In this document: positions 38,852-48,159 of the stretch, piece after piece
How positions within the stretch are numbered: the first letter of the stretch is position 1
Layout of the letters: each line of letters opens with the position of its first letter
From: Octopus sinensis
Lineage: Eukaryota
Assembly: GCF_006345805.1 (NCBI RefSeq)
Contig: NC_043022.1
Coordinates: forward strand, 12,772,001 to 12,836,000
Direction: 5' to 3'
Length of the DNA stretch: 64,000 bases
Program-made: the position numbers and the translations under genes
The notes under the pieces: model-generated
Databases searched by the model: none
Told to the model about the DNA's origin: nothing
Seen by the model: only the letters and a program-made list of their open reading frames with translations

Positions 38852-39125
38852 CATATATATGTGTGTGTGTATGTGTGTGTATATATATATGTATATATAT
38901 GTGTGTGTGTGTGTGTATATATATGTGTGTGTGTGTGTGTGTGTATTTATGCATTTGGTATTTTGTTCAAATTTGATATTCTATCATTAACTTTTGCTAA
39001 TCCCATTCTTTTTTTCTTGTTCCAGAGTCAAGGGGCCATTATCAAACTCTGTGGAATTTTCCAAAGTATATAACTGTCCTTTGGGCAGTAACATGAACCC
39101 AGAGCACAAATGCCAAGTTTGGTAA
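1943..39125 (+). CDS. Neprilysin/ECE-like M13 zinc metallopeptidase, 5'-incomplete; 18 coding exons in window (join 1943-2026,5832-6037,7252-7431,8237-8323,12191-12315,13494-13596,17692-17811,19914-20012,21029-21106,23018-23121,26607-26665,27153-27204,28895-28962,32937-33067,33602-33667,34720-34815,36730-36806,39026-39125)
   Basis: Manually spliced exons all have AG/GT boundaries with matching phases (1835 nt, no internal stop). The product is collinear with neprilysin: [131 protein letters not shown]. Orthology (MME vs MMEL1 vs ECE) cannot be assigned without a tree. Confidence 0.96.
2099..4500. repeat. Minisatellite, ~28 copies of an ~85-bp unit (66-bp core plus variable (GT)n)
   Basis: Core GGAGAGAGTTGTGTAGGGGTTGGTGTGAGGTCCATCCTATGTTGAGGTGTGTGAAAGATTGAGGTG counted 28 times. 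Confidence 0.95.
4931..5655 (+). mobile_element. 5'-truncated CR1-clade LINE: uninterrupted ORF2 C-terminus, short 3' UTR, (ATT)n tail
   Basis: Open frame from ~4931 to stop 5578: [18 protein letters not shown]...[14 protein letters not shown]...[10 protein letters not shown]...LPYSERL...[14 protein letters not shown]; tail from ~5627. Confidence 0.9.
5832..6037 (+). CDS. M13 peptidase exon w2 ([10 protein letters not shown]...GGWPV...[12 protein letters not shown])
   Basis: ttccAG acceptor, GTaaga donor 6038; phase 1 to 0; inside ORF 5702..6169. Confidence 0.93.
7252..7431 (+). CDS. M13 peptidase exon w3 ([14 protein letters not shown]...FETELAN)
   Basis: ttacAG acceptor, GTaaga donor; 180 nt, phase 0-0. 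Confidence 0.94.
8237..8323 (+). CDS. M13 peptidase exon w4 ([29 protein letters not shown])
   Basis: poly-T ccgcAG acceptor, GTatag donor; 87 nt, phase 0-0. Confidence 0.9.
8365..9095 (+). mobile_element. 5'-truncated RTE-clade LINE (ORF2 end, 3' UTR, (GAT)n tail); this identifies the many (CAT)n-GTTTAACGTCC... repeats as RTE 3' ends (e.g. 50-175-, 13686-13970-, 15330-15555+, 21893-22190-, 23722-24010-, 53719-54140-)
   Basis: Translates to EESCVKKC...[20 protein letters not shown]...KDQDL*RYAV, an RTE C-terminal motif, followed by the GTTAGGAAGGGCATC...GCTAGCATGGAAA-(GAT)n tail shared with dispersed copies. Confidence 0.85.
9305..9525. mobile_element. piggyBac-type MITE (degenerate sister copy at 7664-7874)
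   Basis: TTAA on both flanks (9301-04, 9526-29); termini CCCTTTAG / CTAAAGGG. Confidence 0.8.
10051..10460 (+). mobile_element. tRNA-headed SINE, family B, CORE-like (other copies include 16915-17200-, 20375-20730-, 28076-28490+, 42622-43022+, 46590-46960+, 51875-52260-, 57270-57630+)
   Basis: A-box TGGCTGTGTGG and B-box GGTTCAGTCCC in the family; family CACCTTGGGCAAGTG resembles the CORE/MIR domain GACCTTGGGCAAGTCA; internal (TA/TG)n; common 3' GCAGTCAAATGACTGAAACAAGTAAAAG. Confidence 0.85.
11653..12052 (+). mobile_element. Non-autonomous Helitron (400 bp)
   Basis: 5' TC, 3' CTAG, inserted at A|T; subterminal hairpin-like CCGAGCAACTCCGG ~10 bp before CTAG; 3' end shared with the element at 24469-26132. 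Confidence 0.8.
12191..12315 (+). CDS. M13 peptidase exon w5 (FDWLKYFRS...[18 protein letters not shown])
   Basis: ttttcAG acceptor, GTttgt donor; phase 0 to 2. Confidence 0.9.
12420..13270. repeat. ~850-bp CT-rich low-complexity tract in intron w5
   Basis: Compound (CT)n/(CTCT) runs; source of spurious S/L-rich ORFs. Confidence 0.9.
13494..13596 (+). CDS. M13 peptidase exon w6 ([34 protein letters not shown])
   Basis: ttcAG acceptor, GTaagt donor; phase 2 to 0; ANYxxW motif. Confidence 0.9.
14309..14845. repeat. Tandem pair (282-bp period) of palindromic elements, each with 87-bp inverted arms that carry a hammerhead motif on each strand; likely Penelope-like-element terminus
   Basis: Arms 14380-14466/14475-14561 and 14662-14748/14757-14843; units separated and flanked by (TA)n; deleted sister copy at 41961-42083. 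Confidence 0.88.
14487..14534 (+). ncRNA. Minimal type I hammerhead ribozyme motif (U4C core variant); + strand twin at 14769-14816; - strand copies at ~14407-14454 and ~14689-14736
   Basis: Stem I CTGT/ACAG (plus AAAA/TTTT); core CCGATGA 14496-14502; stem II ACG-GCAA-CGT; GAAA 14513-16; stem III ACTC-A-GAGT; GUA triplet with cleavage predicted after 14525. Confidence 0.75.
17692..17811 (+). CDS. M13 peptidase exon w7 ([40 protein letters not shown])
   Basis: ctaacAG acceptor, GTgagt donor; 120 nt, phase 0-0; WxxCV...AVGxLFV motif; not captured by the ORF track. Confidence 0.92.
17878..18068 (-). mobile_element. Probable Penelope-like terminal repeat containing a hammerhead motif at 17979-18011 (- strand)
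   Basis: - strand TTT-CCGACGA-A-GAGC-TCT-GCTC-GAAA-CGT-T-AAA; flanked by (TA)n/(CA)n. Confidence 0.65.
19332..19871 (+). mobile_element. Fold-back non-autonomous Tc1/mariner element (rosa/maT-like transposase C-terminus) with ~214-bp TIRs and TA TSD
   Basis: TA at 19330-31 and 19872-73; TIRs 19332-19545 / 19658-19871 with ~3 mismatches; [14 protein letters not shown]...[12 protein letters not shown]...[17 protein letters not shown]. Confidence 0.9.
19914..20012 (+). CDS. M13 peptidase exon w8 ([12 protein letters not shown]...[14 protein letters not shown])
   Basis: ttccatAG acceptor, GTgagt donor; 99 nt. Confidence 0.94.
21029..21106 (+). CDS. M13 peptidase exon w9 ([26 protein letters not shown])
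   Basis: ttcctAG acceptor, GTgaga donor; 78 nt. Confidence 0.93.
21229..21536 (+). mobile_element. tRNA-headed SINE, family C (other copies 36858-37110+, 47520-47784-, 55740-56040+, 56226-56390-)
   Basis: A-box TRGCCYAGTGG, B-box GTTTCGATTCC; ~300-bp near-identical dispersed copies ending GGTCACGTGAT-(AT)n. Confidence 0.85.
22796..23011. repeat. Degenerate ~27-bp minisatellite, 8 units, abutting the exon w10 acceptor
   Basis: Consensus RGTGACCCCTTGRACTAAWATTTTATT visible in successive 26-28-bp units. Confidence 0.8.
23018..23121 (+). CDS. M13 peptidase exon w10 ([12 protein letters not shown]...LREPVDREK)
   Basis: cttcAG acceptor, GTatgg donor; phase 0 to 2. Confidence 0.9.
24469..26132 (-). 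mobile_element. Non-autonomous Helitron (1.66 kb) with captured and duplicated internal segments
   Basis: On the - strand: A|TC 5' end at 26132; 3' CCCGAGCAACGCCGGG hairpin then CTAG|T at 24469; subterminal palindrome AGGCAGAT-AAA-ATCTGCCT at 26100-26118. Confidence 0.8.
26607..26665 (+). CDS. M13 peptidase exon w11 ([19 protein letters not shown])
   Basis: cttcAG acceptor, GTaagt donor; phase 2 to 1; NAYY substrate-binding motif. Confidence 0.95.
27153..27204 (+). CDS. M13 peptidase exon w12 ([18 protein letters not shown])
   Basis: ttttcAG acceptor, GTaagt donor; phase 1 to 2. Confidence 0.95.
28895..28962 (+). CDS. M13 peptidase exon w13 ([23 protein letters not shown]), zinc-binding HExxH at 28932-28946
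   Basis: tgtAG acceptor, GTaagt donor; phase 2 to 1. Confidence 0.97.
29340..29870 (+). pseudogene. Decayed Penelope-like retroelement reverse transcriptase fragment
   Basis: Frameshifted motifs RKSLLY...WYKK...[14 protein letters not shown] (cf. FDVTMGSYDGAEV), LYTDNGLA (cf. LYRDDGLA), [13 protein letters not shown] (cf. VNFLDVTLNL), EYIHRDSNH (cf. YIHxxSNHP), [10 protein letters not shown]. Confidence 0.8.
32029..32538. repeat. Recent tandem triplication, 3 x 170 bp (unique flank plus antisense RTE-like tail)
   Basis: aataccaaac at 32031, 32201 and 32371; only ~3 substitutions among units. Confidence 0.92.
32937..33067 (+). CDS. M13 peptidase exon w14 ([13 protein letters not shown]...[19 protein letters not shown])
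   Basis: ttacAG acceptor, GTgagt donor; phase 1 to 0. Confidence 0.95.
33602..33667 (+). CDS. M13 peptidase exon w15 ([22 protein letters not shown]), third zinc ligand ExxxD
   Basis: tttcAG acceptor, GTagga donor; 66 nt. Confidence 0.96.
34405..34653. mobile_element. hAT (Charlie-like) MITE
   Basis: Ends CAGTGATTCTCAAC / GTTGAGAACAACCG; 8-bp flanks atctatgg / atttatgg (1 mismatch). Confidence 0.75.
34720..34815 (+). CDS. M13 peptidase exon w16 ([32 protein letters not shown])
   Basis: cccAG acceptor, GTaagt donor; 96 nt. Confidence 0.95.
35651..36030 (-). mobile_element. Internally deleted Tc1/mariner element retaining the transposase C-terminus
   Basis: 22-bp TIR TGTGTGAAAAGTCTRGCTGCAT at both ends; - strand [46 protein letters not shown]...CQIVDCRG*; too short for the ORF track. 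Confidence 0.75.
36730..36806 (+). CDS. M13 peptidase exon w17 ([26 protein letters not shown])
   Basis: tcaaAG acceptor, GTacat donor; phase 0 to 2; WCG and HSP motifs. Confidence 0.93.
38511..38808 (-). mobile_element. 3' end of a second CR1-like LINE, (AAATG)n tail
   Basis: [43 protein letters not shown] is typical of CR1-clade ORF2 C-termini. Confidence 0.72.
39026..39125 (+). CDS. M13 peptidase terminal exon w18 ([32 protein letters not shown])
   Basis: ttccAG acceptor, phase 2; TAA stop at 39123-39125; CxVW C-terminus typical of M13 enzymes. Confidence 0.96.
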
Positions 39126-39773
39126 AAAAAACCGTTTCATTCATTAGCACCATCAGAGTGACTTCTATATTCACCATACAAGCAGTTAACACTGATAAAT
39201 GCAACTTGCAGCTCATCTTCTCAGATCCCTTCAAAGGAAACACAGTCACGGTTCCACTTCTAACTTCAGCTTGCCCCTTTTCTCTCTCTTTCTCCCTCTC
39301 TCACTGATGTATGAGCTGTGATTTAGGGAGTTCAAGTGGTCGCGGTGGTGGTGGTGGTGGTGGTTGTTATACCTTGTTGTTAATTCAGTCTTGTACACAA
39401 TGTTATATAGGCAAAAGGGTGGGGAACTTTACACATGGTGGTAGTGGTGGTGTGCTGATGGTATTGGTTGTGTGGTAGTGGTGCAGTAGTAGCAGTGGAA
39501 GTGGTGGTGAGTCAGGGGCAGAGTAGTAAGGAGCCCCTGTCCATTTTCCCTCTATAATTACGATAAATTTTTCTTTGACTTCTGTTTTCCTTTTTTCGGG
39601 GTGGCTCCCTCCAAAAAAAAAAGAAAAAAGAAAATTAAGGTTTTGGATCTCGCCCAGGTATTAAGTTTGAAAACCATTGCCCTAGACCTTCAAGGGTCCC
39701 TAGGCAATGCACAGCATGGCCGCAGTCAACTGACTGAAACAAGTAAAAGAGTATATATATATATATATATATA

Positions 39774-39945
39774 CATGAGGGGTGCTCAAAAGTTTATGGC
39801 TTTAGGTAAAAGAAAAATACAGAGGATCAGTTAATTATGATTGTATTCAACATATTCCCCTCACACTTATTGCAGCAGTCCTTCAGTTTTTTCTAAACCC
39901 TGTAAGAAGAATTCAGAAGGTTGGGCCTTCAACCAGGGCCCTGTA
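39774..39945 (-). mobile_element. Mariner MITE remnant (transposase C-terminus plus TIR)
   Basis: - strand WLKAQPSEFFLQGLEK/LKDCCNKC/RGEYVE*; terminus GAGGGGTGCTCAAAAGTT. Confidence 0.65.
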
Positions 39946-40648
39946 GCAACAATCACTTCTGAATCAGAGTGAAATTTCATTCTCCAGTGAATTAAACAAA
40001 ACTGAAGATATCAAGCATTAGTAGGATATTGTAGATATGCAAGTACTGAATTCGACTTAAGCTGTAGACCCAACTCTGGGGTTTGCGTGTGTGTCCATTT
40101 ATATACATAAACACACATGTATACACTTATATATATTGACCTGATGCCTCCTGTGGTTACCTCAAATTTCCCAAATATTCTGTCAGTTGTTAACACAGAC
40201 CTCATAAATAACATAACACTTGTATGTGTGAATCATGTGACCTGTATTAGCCAATGAAATGATGATGTGTTGACACCATCTTAGATTACTGTCTATGATT
40301 AGTGATCAGCCTGACCTTGAGACAAAATGAATCATTTGACGAGGATGACACTGATAATTACTTTGAAATTTTGGCTATGTAGCCTCCATCAGACAATTTG
40401 ATAAAGGCCACATAACTGAAACTTCAAAGTGATTATCAATCTTTTGTGTAAAAATAAAATGGGTGTGTGTGGATAGATAGATATATTGATAGACAGATAG
40501 ATTGATTGATATACACACAAATACATGATTATGTATGTATATGAATTGATTATGCACAACAGTATTTTGGATAATCTAAAAGCTACATAGGTAATAGTAT
40601 ACAATTTTTAATTTTAAGCTTCAATGTGAATTATAAACAAATTTGGAA

Positions 40649-40690
<42 letters not shown>

Positions 40691-41960
40691 AAGGATGAAA
40701 AGGAACACACGAGTTGATATATATGAAAAAACAAGTCAGGATAGAAAATGCTAAAATAATTTTATAAAGAACATTTCAGGACCGGTTTCAGTCATTTGAG
40801 ACCTTTTCAACTGTAACAATTAAATAATTAAATTTAGGAAAATTAAAAGAAAAGTTTTTTTTAAAAGAATATTGGTATAGTGTTCAAATACAAGGGGTAT
40901 TTTCCTTGTTTCTGCCTTTCTCTGTCTCTCTTGTTTACTCTTGTGAGTTCGAGGCCATTGTATATATATACACACACATATACATATATTTATACATGCA
41001 TACACACACACATATATAATCATTACATCTTTATGTTTGCTTTCCATTCTGATATTGGCTGGATGTTTTGAGAGGAACCAATGTGTCACTTTGAGCATGC
41101 TTTCTGTGGCTGACACCAGGGTGTACTGGGTGCTGTTGTCATGGCACCAGCAGAAGCAAGATCACTTTGTAACTTGCAAGACTAAAGAGCTCCCTAAAAC
41201 TGAGAAGGGCAAGGGTAACGCCTTTATGCAATACTAGGCACAAACACATGCTCGTATGTATGTATGTATGCATGCTAAACGAGCATGACTGTGTAGTTAA
41301 GAAGCTTGTTTTGCAACAATGTGGTTTCTGGTTCAGTCCCACAGTGCAGCATCTTGAACATGTGTCTTCTACTATAGTCCCTGGTTGACCAATGCCTTGT
41401 GAGTGAATTTGGTGGAGGGAAACTGTGTTGAAGCCCATCATATATATATGTATGTGTGTAAGCTCATCATATGTGTGTGTGTTTGTCTCCTTGACAAGTA
41501 GTGTTGGTTTGTTTACATTCCATAACTTAGTGATTTGGTAAAAGTGACGAATAGAATAAGCAGCAGACTCCCCTCCCACCTCATTTATGAAAGGAAAGCA
41601 TCCCTCAATGGAAAATATTTCCTTTCTTTTCATCCCTTCAACTACTTCATGTGTTACTTCACCACTGCCAACACCATCACCGCTGCTGTTGCTACCACCA
41701 CCACCACCACCACCACTAGTATTTCAATATTGCAAGCCATAATAATTGATTTTATACACAAGCACACACACACACACACATACATCTGTGCAAGTGTGTG
41801 GGGGCGGGGAGGAGGGGGAGAAGCAAGTTCAAGGTCTGGTTTGAATTTACCAGACAAAATATCATTAATGTAATTATACACATGTGAATCTTCATGCTAA
41901 CGAAGAAAATTATCTATGCTTTATACATACATGTATATTCAGATATATATATATATATAC

Positions 41961-42081
41961 CGGAGTAAACACATAAATGTGAAACAAGGTGGAAAAAAGA
42001 GTACTCAAATACCAGTGGTAGAGTAATATGCTTTATTTAAAGCAGCAGAATTTTGTTGAATTTTCTGCTGCGTTAAATAAA

Positions 42082-42083
<2 letters not shown>
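41961..42083. repeat. Internally deleted copy of the 14.3-kb palindromic element
   Basis: Same CGGAGTAAACACATAAATGTGAAACAAGG... start; arm junction agcagcagaa|ttttgttgaa. Confidence 0.9.
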
Positions 42084-42126
<43 letters not shown>

Positions 42127-42399
42127 TATGTACATGGATATGTATATATATCTAAAGAACACTGGTAGAAAATGTTCAACCAAACTTCTACCAACTGCAA
42201 ATGTAACAGGCTTTGATATTGTCATTCGGGTCACTGCCCTGCAAATGTGAACATCCTTTCCATAATCAGTGAAAAGGACAACATTTATGAACAACTGCTT
42301 CAAAACCTGCAACTCCTCTTCCTTGATTATAAATTCATATTTATACCAATAATTATTAGTGTACTTGTTATGTTAGTAAATACTCAAATGACAATTTGA

Positions 42400-42600
42400 A
42401 AAGGCTAGAATTTTCGGGCAAAGAAAGACACCAGCTAACACACAGTTTACAAATACAATATTTAAGTGGAACAGTAAAAATATGCAAAACTTTTCTAAAG
42501 TTCAACTTGTAGCATTTATTGTTGCTATTTAAGTTCCAGTGATGGAGCTTTGTTTCTTTGTTAGAAACCAACTCCTTTCTTTTAGGAAGGATTCAAATAG
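42400..42600 (+). mobile_element. Old LINE 3' end (possibly R4/Dong-type restriction-endonuclease C-terminus); second copy at ~45900-46110
   Basis: Two diverged copies encode LQIQYLSGTVKICKTFLKFNL* and LQIRFVSGTVKICKTFVNM* followed by a shared UTR; the clade assignment is a guess. Confidence 0.4.
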
Positions 42601-43769
42601 TCAGAAACAAAAAAACATACATAGGCGTAGGAGTGGCTGTGTGGTAAGTAGCTTGTTTACCAACCACATGGTTCCGGGTTCAGTCCCACTGCGTAGCACC
42701 TTGGGCAAGTGTCTTCTACTATAGCCTCGGGCCGACCAAAGCCTTGTGAGTGGATTTGGTAGACGGAAACTGAAAGAAGCTTGTCGTATATATATGTATA
42801 TATATGTGTGTGTGTGTGTGTGTCTGTGTTTGTCCCCCCAACATCGCTTGACAACCGATGCTGGTGTGTTTACGTCTCCGTAACTTAGCAGTTCGGCAAA
42901 AGAGACCGATAGAATAAGTACTAGGCTTACAAAGAATAAGTCCTGGGGTCGATTTGCTCGACTAAAAAAAAGGTGGTGCTCCAGCATGGCTACAGTCAAA
43001 TGACTGAAACAAGTAAAAGAGTATACACACATGTACACACACAATGAAAGTTAGTTCAATAATGATAATGACCACTGCTTATTAAAGGACCACAAAGTGA
43101 ATATGACTTTTTGGCCCCGTTGCTTACTTGCAGTTTTTAATACAACTCTTACATAAATGTCTCTTCTCAGTTAAATGCAATGCAGAATCATAGCAATTAG
43201 TCTTGTGTACAGATACACATCTCCTCAAACCACTATTTAGAACATGACCAGCACAAATAAACTCTCGTGTGGTTATGATTTATTATCAGTTTGTTTTAAG
43301 GCAGTGAGCTGGCAGAATTATTAGCACGACAGACACAATGCTTAATAGTATTTCTTGTGGTTCTTTATATCCTGGGTTCAAATCCCACCAAGATCACCTT
43401 TGCTTTTTATCCTTTTGGGGTTGATAAAATGAAGTACTAGTTGAGCTGTGGGATCAGTATTATTGAGTTGCCCTCTCCCCTAAAATTTTTGGCTTCCTAT
43501 CAAAATTTGAAACCATTATTAGCTTGTTTTGGTTCATTATATCCTTGAGAGTCTAAAAGGACCAGTCTTTGAGAGACAAACTTGGTTAGAAGTTGAACAT
43601 GTGAAATTGTTTTTTCCTGTACATCTCATTTAAAATTTGTGTTGAATGCAATTCTCTTCAAAATACATGGATACATTCAACTTTTTTTTTCTCCGTGATG
43701 CCCTCTTAATTGCAATACTTTTCCAACTTCCCATATGAATATTGCATTTTTGTAAATAAGATTCAAGGC

Positions 43770-44170
43770 AGTATTTGTATTTTAACTCCAGTTTATAAAG
43801 CGGTCTTTTTACCTAGAACATAGTTCTCCACAAAGAAATGCTTTGGAATCCTTCCATCTTCCATCCAAACTCTGCGGCATGTCCATCCCATTCTGTTATG
43901 TCACAAGAGAACTTCTATGCTTACACCATGTGCTTTTGCCAAGACATCAACATCACTCACTTCATCCAAGATGTATGCAAAAATTTGACAAACACACCTT
44001 TGCCAAAATCACTCCAACTGTTCAACATGTTCTCAATCTAATGACCATATTTCACAGCCATACAACAAAAGACAAAATGCATGTTACAAAAATACATATT
44101 TTACTGTCATATGTTGAGACAGTCTTTGTATTTGAACTTCAGTTTATAAAGAATTCATTTTAACCCAGTT
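43770..44170 (-). pseudogene. Ancient RTE (BovB-like) ORF2 fragment
   Basis: Frameshifted LLYGCEIW and MEDGRIPKHFLCGEL motifs on the - strand. Confidence 0.7.
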
Positions 44171-44687
44171 CATCACTTGTAACATTTACCACAGCTATAT
44201 TGCTTCAGTGTCTCTTCTCGGTTAAATGCAATGCAGGATAAAGACAACTGACAACTGAAAACAATTCAGAAACACGTCTCTTCAGATCACCAACAGAAAG
44301 CCAACATATATTACATTTGTTTTGTTTTTTGATACTGAAACAATAATAAGGATTGTAATTTTCCGAAAGTTACATTGATTTTTTAAAACTTTATTTCTAA
44401 TTTTATCAGCAAAATTCACATCCCCCATTCAACATATAAAGGAATATCCATTTCAACCTTTCACACTATAACTGTTATTTTTGGATCCACACAAAGCTTT
44501 TCAGAGCAGAGCTGATAAAGAACGGTTTTGTTAACATTTATTGTGAGGTGTAATATGCTAAAGGCCAATGAAACTTCATCCATAAAAGTTTGAAGATCTT
44601 TTTCACTGTGAGAAATAACACTGGAATCATCACAGAGTACAGAAGAAAGCCTCTTATCAAAGAAACAGAAGTGTGATTTAGAATTAA

Positions 44688-45070
44688 CCCTTTTGGTAAA
44701 AAATAATTACCTCACAGCACTGATGGTTCTCTGATATGAATTTTATGTCCTAAAGTGAACAAAATTAAAAGCTTCCATCAAAATTTCATGTTAGTTTATG
44801 TTTCAAACACCAAATAAAAAATGACAGTTACTTCACTAAATTCCTCATCATTTTCAAAAGTAATTGTAACAAAGGTTGTGTTTTTCAACAGAAATATGGT
44901 AACAAAAGAGTTAAAGTGATCTAAAAACTTCCCATCAAGGTTTCATGTTAACTTTGTCCCAAGACCAAATTAATAATGACAAAGTTAATTTACTAAATTC
45001 TTTATTATTTCAAGTATTAATTAAAACAAAGGCAATATATTTCAATAGAAATATGGTAACTAAAGGATCA
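44688..45070. mobile_element. piggyBac-type MITE (44688-44910) with a tandem partial copy
   Basis: TTAA-CCCTTTTG ... CAAAAGAG-TTAA; diverged repeat of the 3' two-thirds at 44915-45070; related fragment at 32700-32810. Confidence 0.65.
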
Positions 45071-46209
45071 AGCTGTTTGAGGTTGGATAAATTACCAGTT
45101 GTGTGGTAGCATATGTAAATATTCTAAGAGTCTTCTATGGAAGGGATGAAAAAAAGCTATTGTGAAATATACAGCAAAGAAGAAGCAATTATATCACCTG
45201 GTTCTATTCCATCACAAACCGAAAACTAGTCTGAGCATTCCAACATATAATCTTATATCAACATAAAAGGATTTAATAACCTTTATAAATTTATCAGGGC
45301 GACCAACTTCTGAGAATTGCCCATAGTGCATCAGAATTCATTGAAGTCAATGAAGCAATGTTAGAGGTCAAGTGTCTGCCCAATGCTTTTTTTTTTCTTG
45401 GAAATGATGAAACAAAAATATGTCATTGTTTGGTTCCAGGTCCATGGAAGAAGGAATAGGTGTGTGTATTGAGTGAGACAATGGAGAATAATTCTACTCA
45501 ATATTTTATCTACATACATACATACAGGTATGCATACATATGCACACGAACATCACATACATAGACATGCTAATATGCAAACGTACAATTATACATATGA
45601 ACATACATGTGCACATCAAGACATACATACATAAACATATACAAACAAGCATAGCTACAGACATACACAAATAGATACATTCAAACATACCCAGGTACAT
45701 ATATAACATATCTACAAAGGAACATACACACACAGACACACAGAGAAATATACATGCTACGTACATGCATGCATGCATCCATCATATACATGCATAGATA
45801 CATGCAAACATAGATACATAATTATAAATTCCCATCCATACCAGTTATGATCGGTGCACTTGGTTGTGTTAAGATATGTCTAAGTGACAAACCAAGGATT
45901 TTAAGGCCAAGAAAGAGGATTGGCCAACATAAACTTTACAAATACGATTTGTAAGTGGAACAGTAAAAATATGCAAGACTTTTGTAAACATGTAACATGT
46001 TGTTGTTGTTGTTGTTGTTATCCAAATTCCAGTGATGGAGCTTTGGTTCTTTGTTGAAAACCAGCTTTTTTTTTTTTCTTGCAGGAAAAATTCTAATAAA
46101 TGAAAACAGAGCATACATAAATACAAACATACATATATGTATACACACAGATATACATACACAAATAATACATGCATATGCACACACACAAACACACAGA
46201 TACATACTA

Positions 46210-46259
<50 letters not shown>

Positions 46260-48159
46260 GAGAGATAGATAGATAGATAGATAGATACATGCATACACCT
46301 AACCCTAAATAAGAAATGACACATAAGATACTATAGTTCTAGATAGCTCAAAATAGACAGGATGGTCATGGCCGGAATGCTTTTGATTCCAAGTTCAAAT
46401 CTCGTTATGGCCTATATGATAGGTAGACTGAATCCCTTGCTGATTTAGCCCCATCACCTAACACTTGGCTGCCTTTAGGAATTAAGTTCTGGTCTCAGGA
46501 TTGAGGATCGCTTCCTCCTTACATCCCTCCCACCACTCCTGGACGCTCTGTAAGGGGTCATGAGAAGTGCTTTCTCTTCTGACTTAAAGGTGGGGGAGAA
46601 CCCTTACTTCTCAACCACATGGTTAGGGTTTCAGTCCCACTGCATGGCACCTTAGGCAAGTGTCTTCTATTATAGTCTCCAAACTAACCAAAGCCTTGTG
46701 AATGGATTTGGTCAATGGAAACTGAAAGAATCCCATCATGTGTGTGTATGTGAGTCTGTGTGTGTGTGTGTGTGTGAAACCACTGCTTGACAACCAGTGT
46801 TGGGGGTTTTACGTCCCTGTCAATGATTTGACAAAAGAGATCGACAGAATAAGTACCAAGCTTTTTTAAAAAAATACTGGAATCGATTCATTTGACTAAA
46901 ATGCTTCAAGGCGTTGCCCCAGCGTGGCCGCAGTCTAATGACTGAAACAAGTTAAAAGAAATTTAAGTCTGTTTTGCTTTTGTATTGCAAAAGATATCTA
47001 GAGTTATCTCCCATATACGAGTTCGTTTTTCTTTTTCTCTAATTAGGTACAAGAGCAACAACTTGCATATTTATTTTTCGGTAGAGGTTAATAATTAGTC
47101 AACAATTACATTGAGACCCAGTAGTTGACAGATACATTATTGACCTTGGATGAAAGCCAATGTTGACTTCAGTAGAATTTCAGCTTATAAACTCAGATCG
47201 TAAGAACCAGAAGAAATACAGAGAAAGGTATTTTTGTCTGATACTAATGAAAATAACACTTTGTAATTTTGGTACAATTTTCGAGGGGGTGGAGGTAAAT
47301 CGATTACATCGATCCCCAGTACATGACTGGTACTTTAATTCATCGATAGAGAGCAAAGCTGACTTTAATCGGATTTGAACTCAGCAAGTATCAAGCTGGA
47401 AAAATACTGCTCACCATTTTGTGCAGGACTCTAATCATTTAGCCAGCTTGCCAATTTAAAGCTAATGAAAAATAATATCAAAACTTTGCTTATAGGGTCT
47501 TCCTTTTCTTTTCTTTTTCCGCCTTTTCAAGCCTAGCCGGGCTCATGGGCCCGGTTTCCCGGTTTCTGTGGAATATGTGACGCCAGTCCATCGCAGCGTT
47601 ACTCAAGAAACAGGAAGAGAGAGTGAAAGAAAGTTGTGGCGAAAGAATACAACGGGGGTCACCACCACCTGCTGGGGCCTCGTGGAGCTTTTAGGTGTTT
47701 TCGCTCAATAAACACACTCAACGCCCGGTCTGGAAATCGAAACCGCGAGCCGCTGCCCTAACCACTGGGCCATTGCGCCTCCACACATGGTCTTCCTTAC
47801 CATATAATTATTTCAGTGCTGATACACTTTCCCGCTGAAAATGACGACTGCATTATGTATACTGCTGTGACTATTATTAAGTCATACAAACACTTCTCAA
47901 GAATTAAAAAGTAATGACTATAATTATAATTATTTTTCCCCTTGTGACCAAATAAAGAACGTAATTTCTTTTCAGTCTTCTTACTAGCTGGCTCCATGCT
48001 GTCAAAAATGACGGCTAATTGTTGTGTTTTATTTTATATGTATAAATATGGATGGTGAATCAAATTAATACACTTGTCAATGTTATCGATCATTGTTTGT
48101 AACTGAAAGAACGCTGGTTCACGCTTACAAACATTGACACATACCTTGATCCCTTGTAC

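Noticed and set aside
39126-40460. Polyadenylation site of the M13 gene
   Set aside because: No AATAAA was found close to the stop (first clear one ~40452), and the AT-rich repeat context makes any assignment unsupported.
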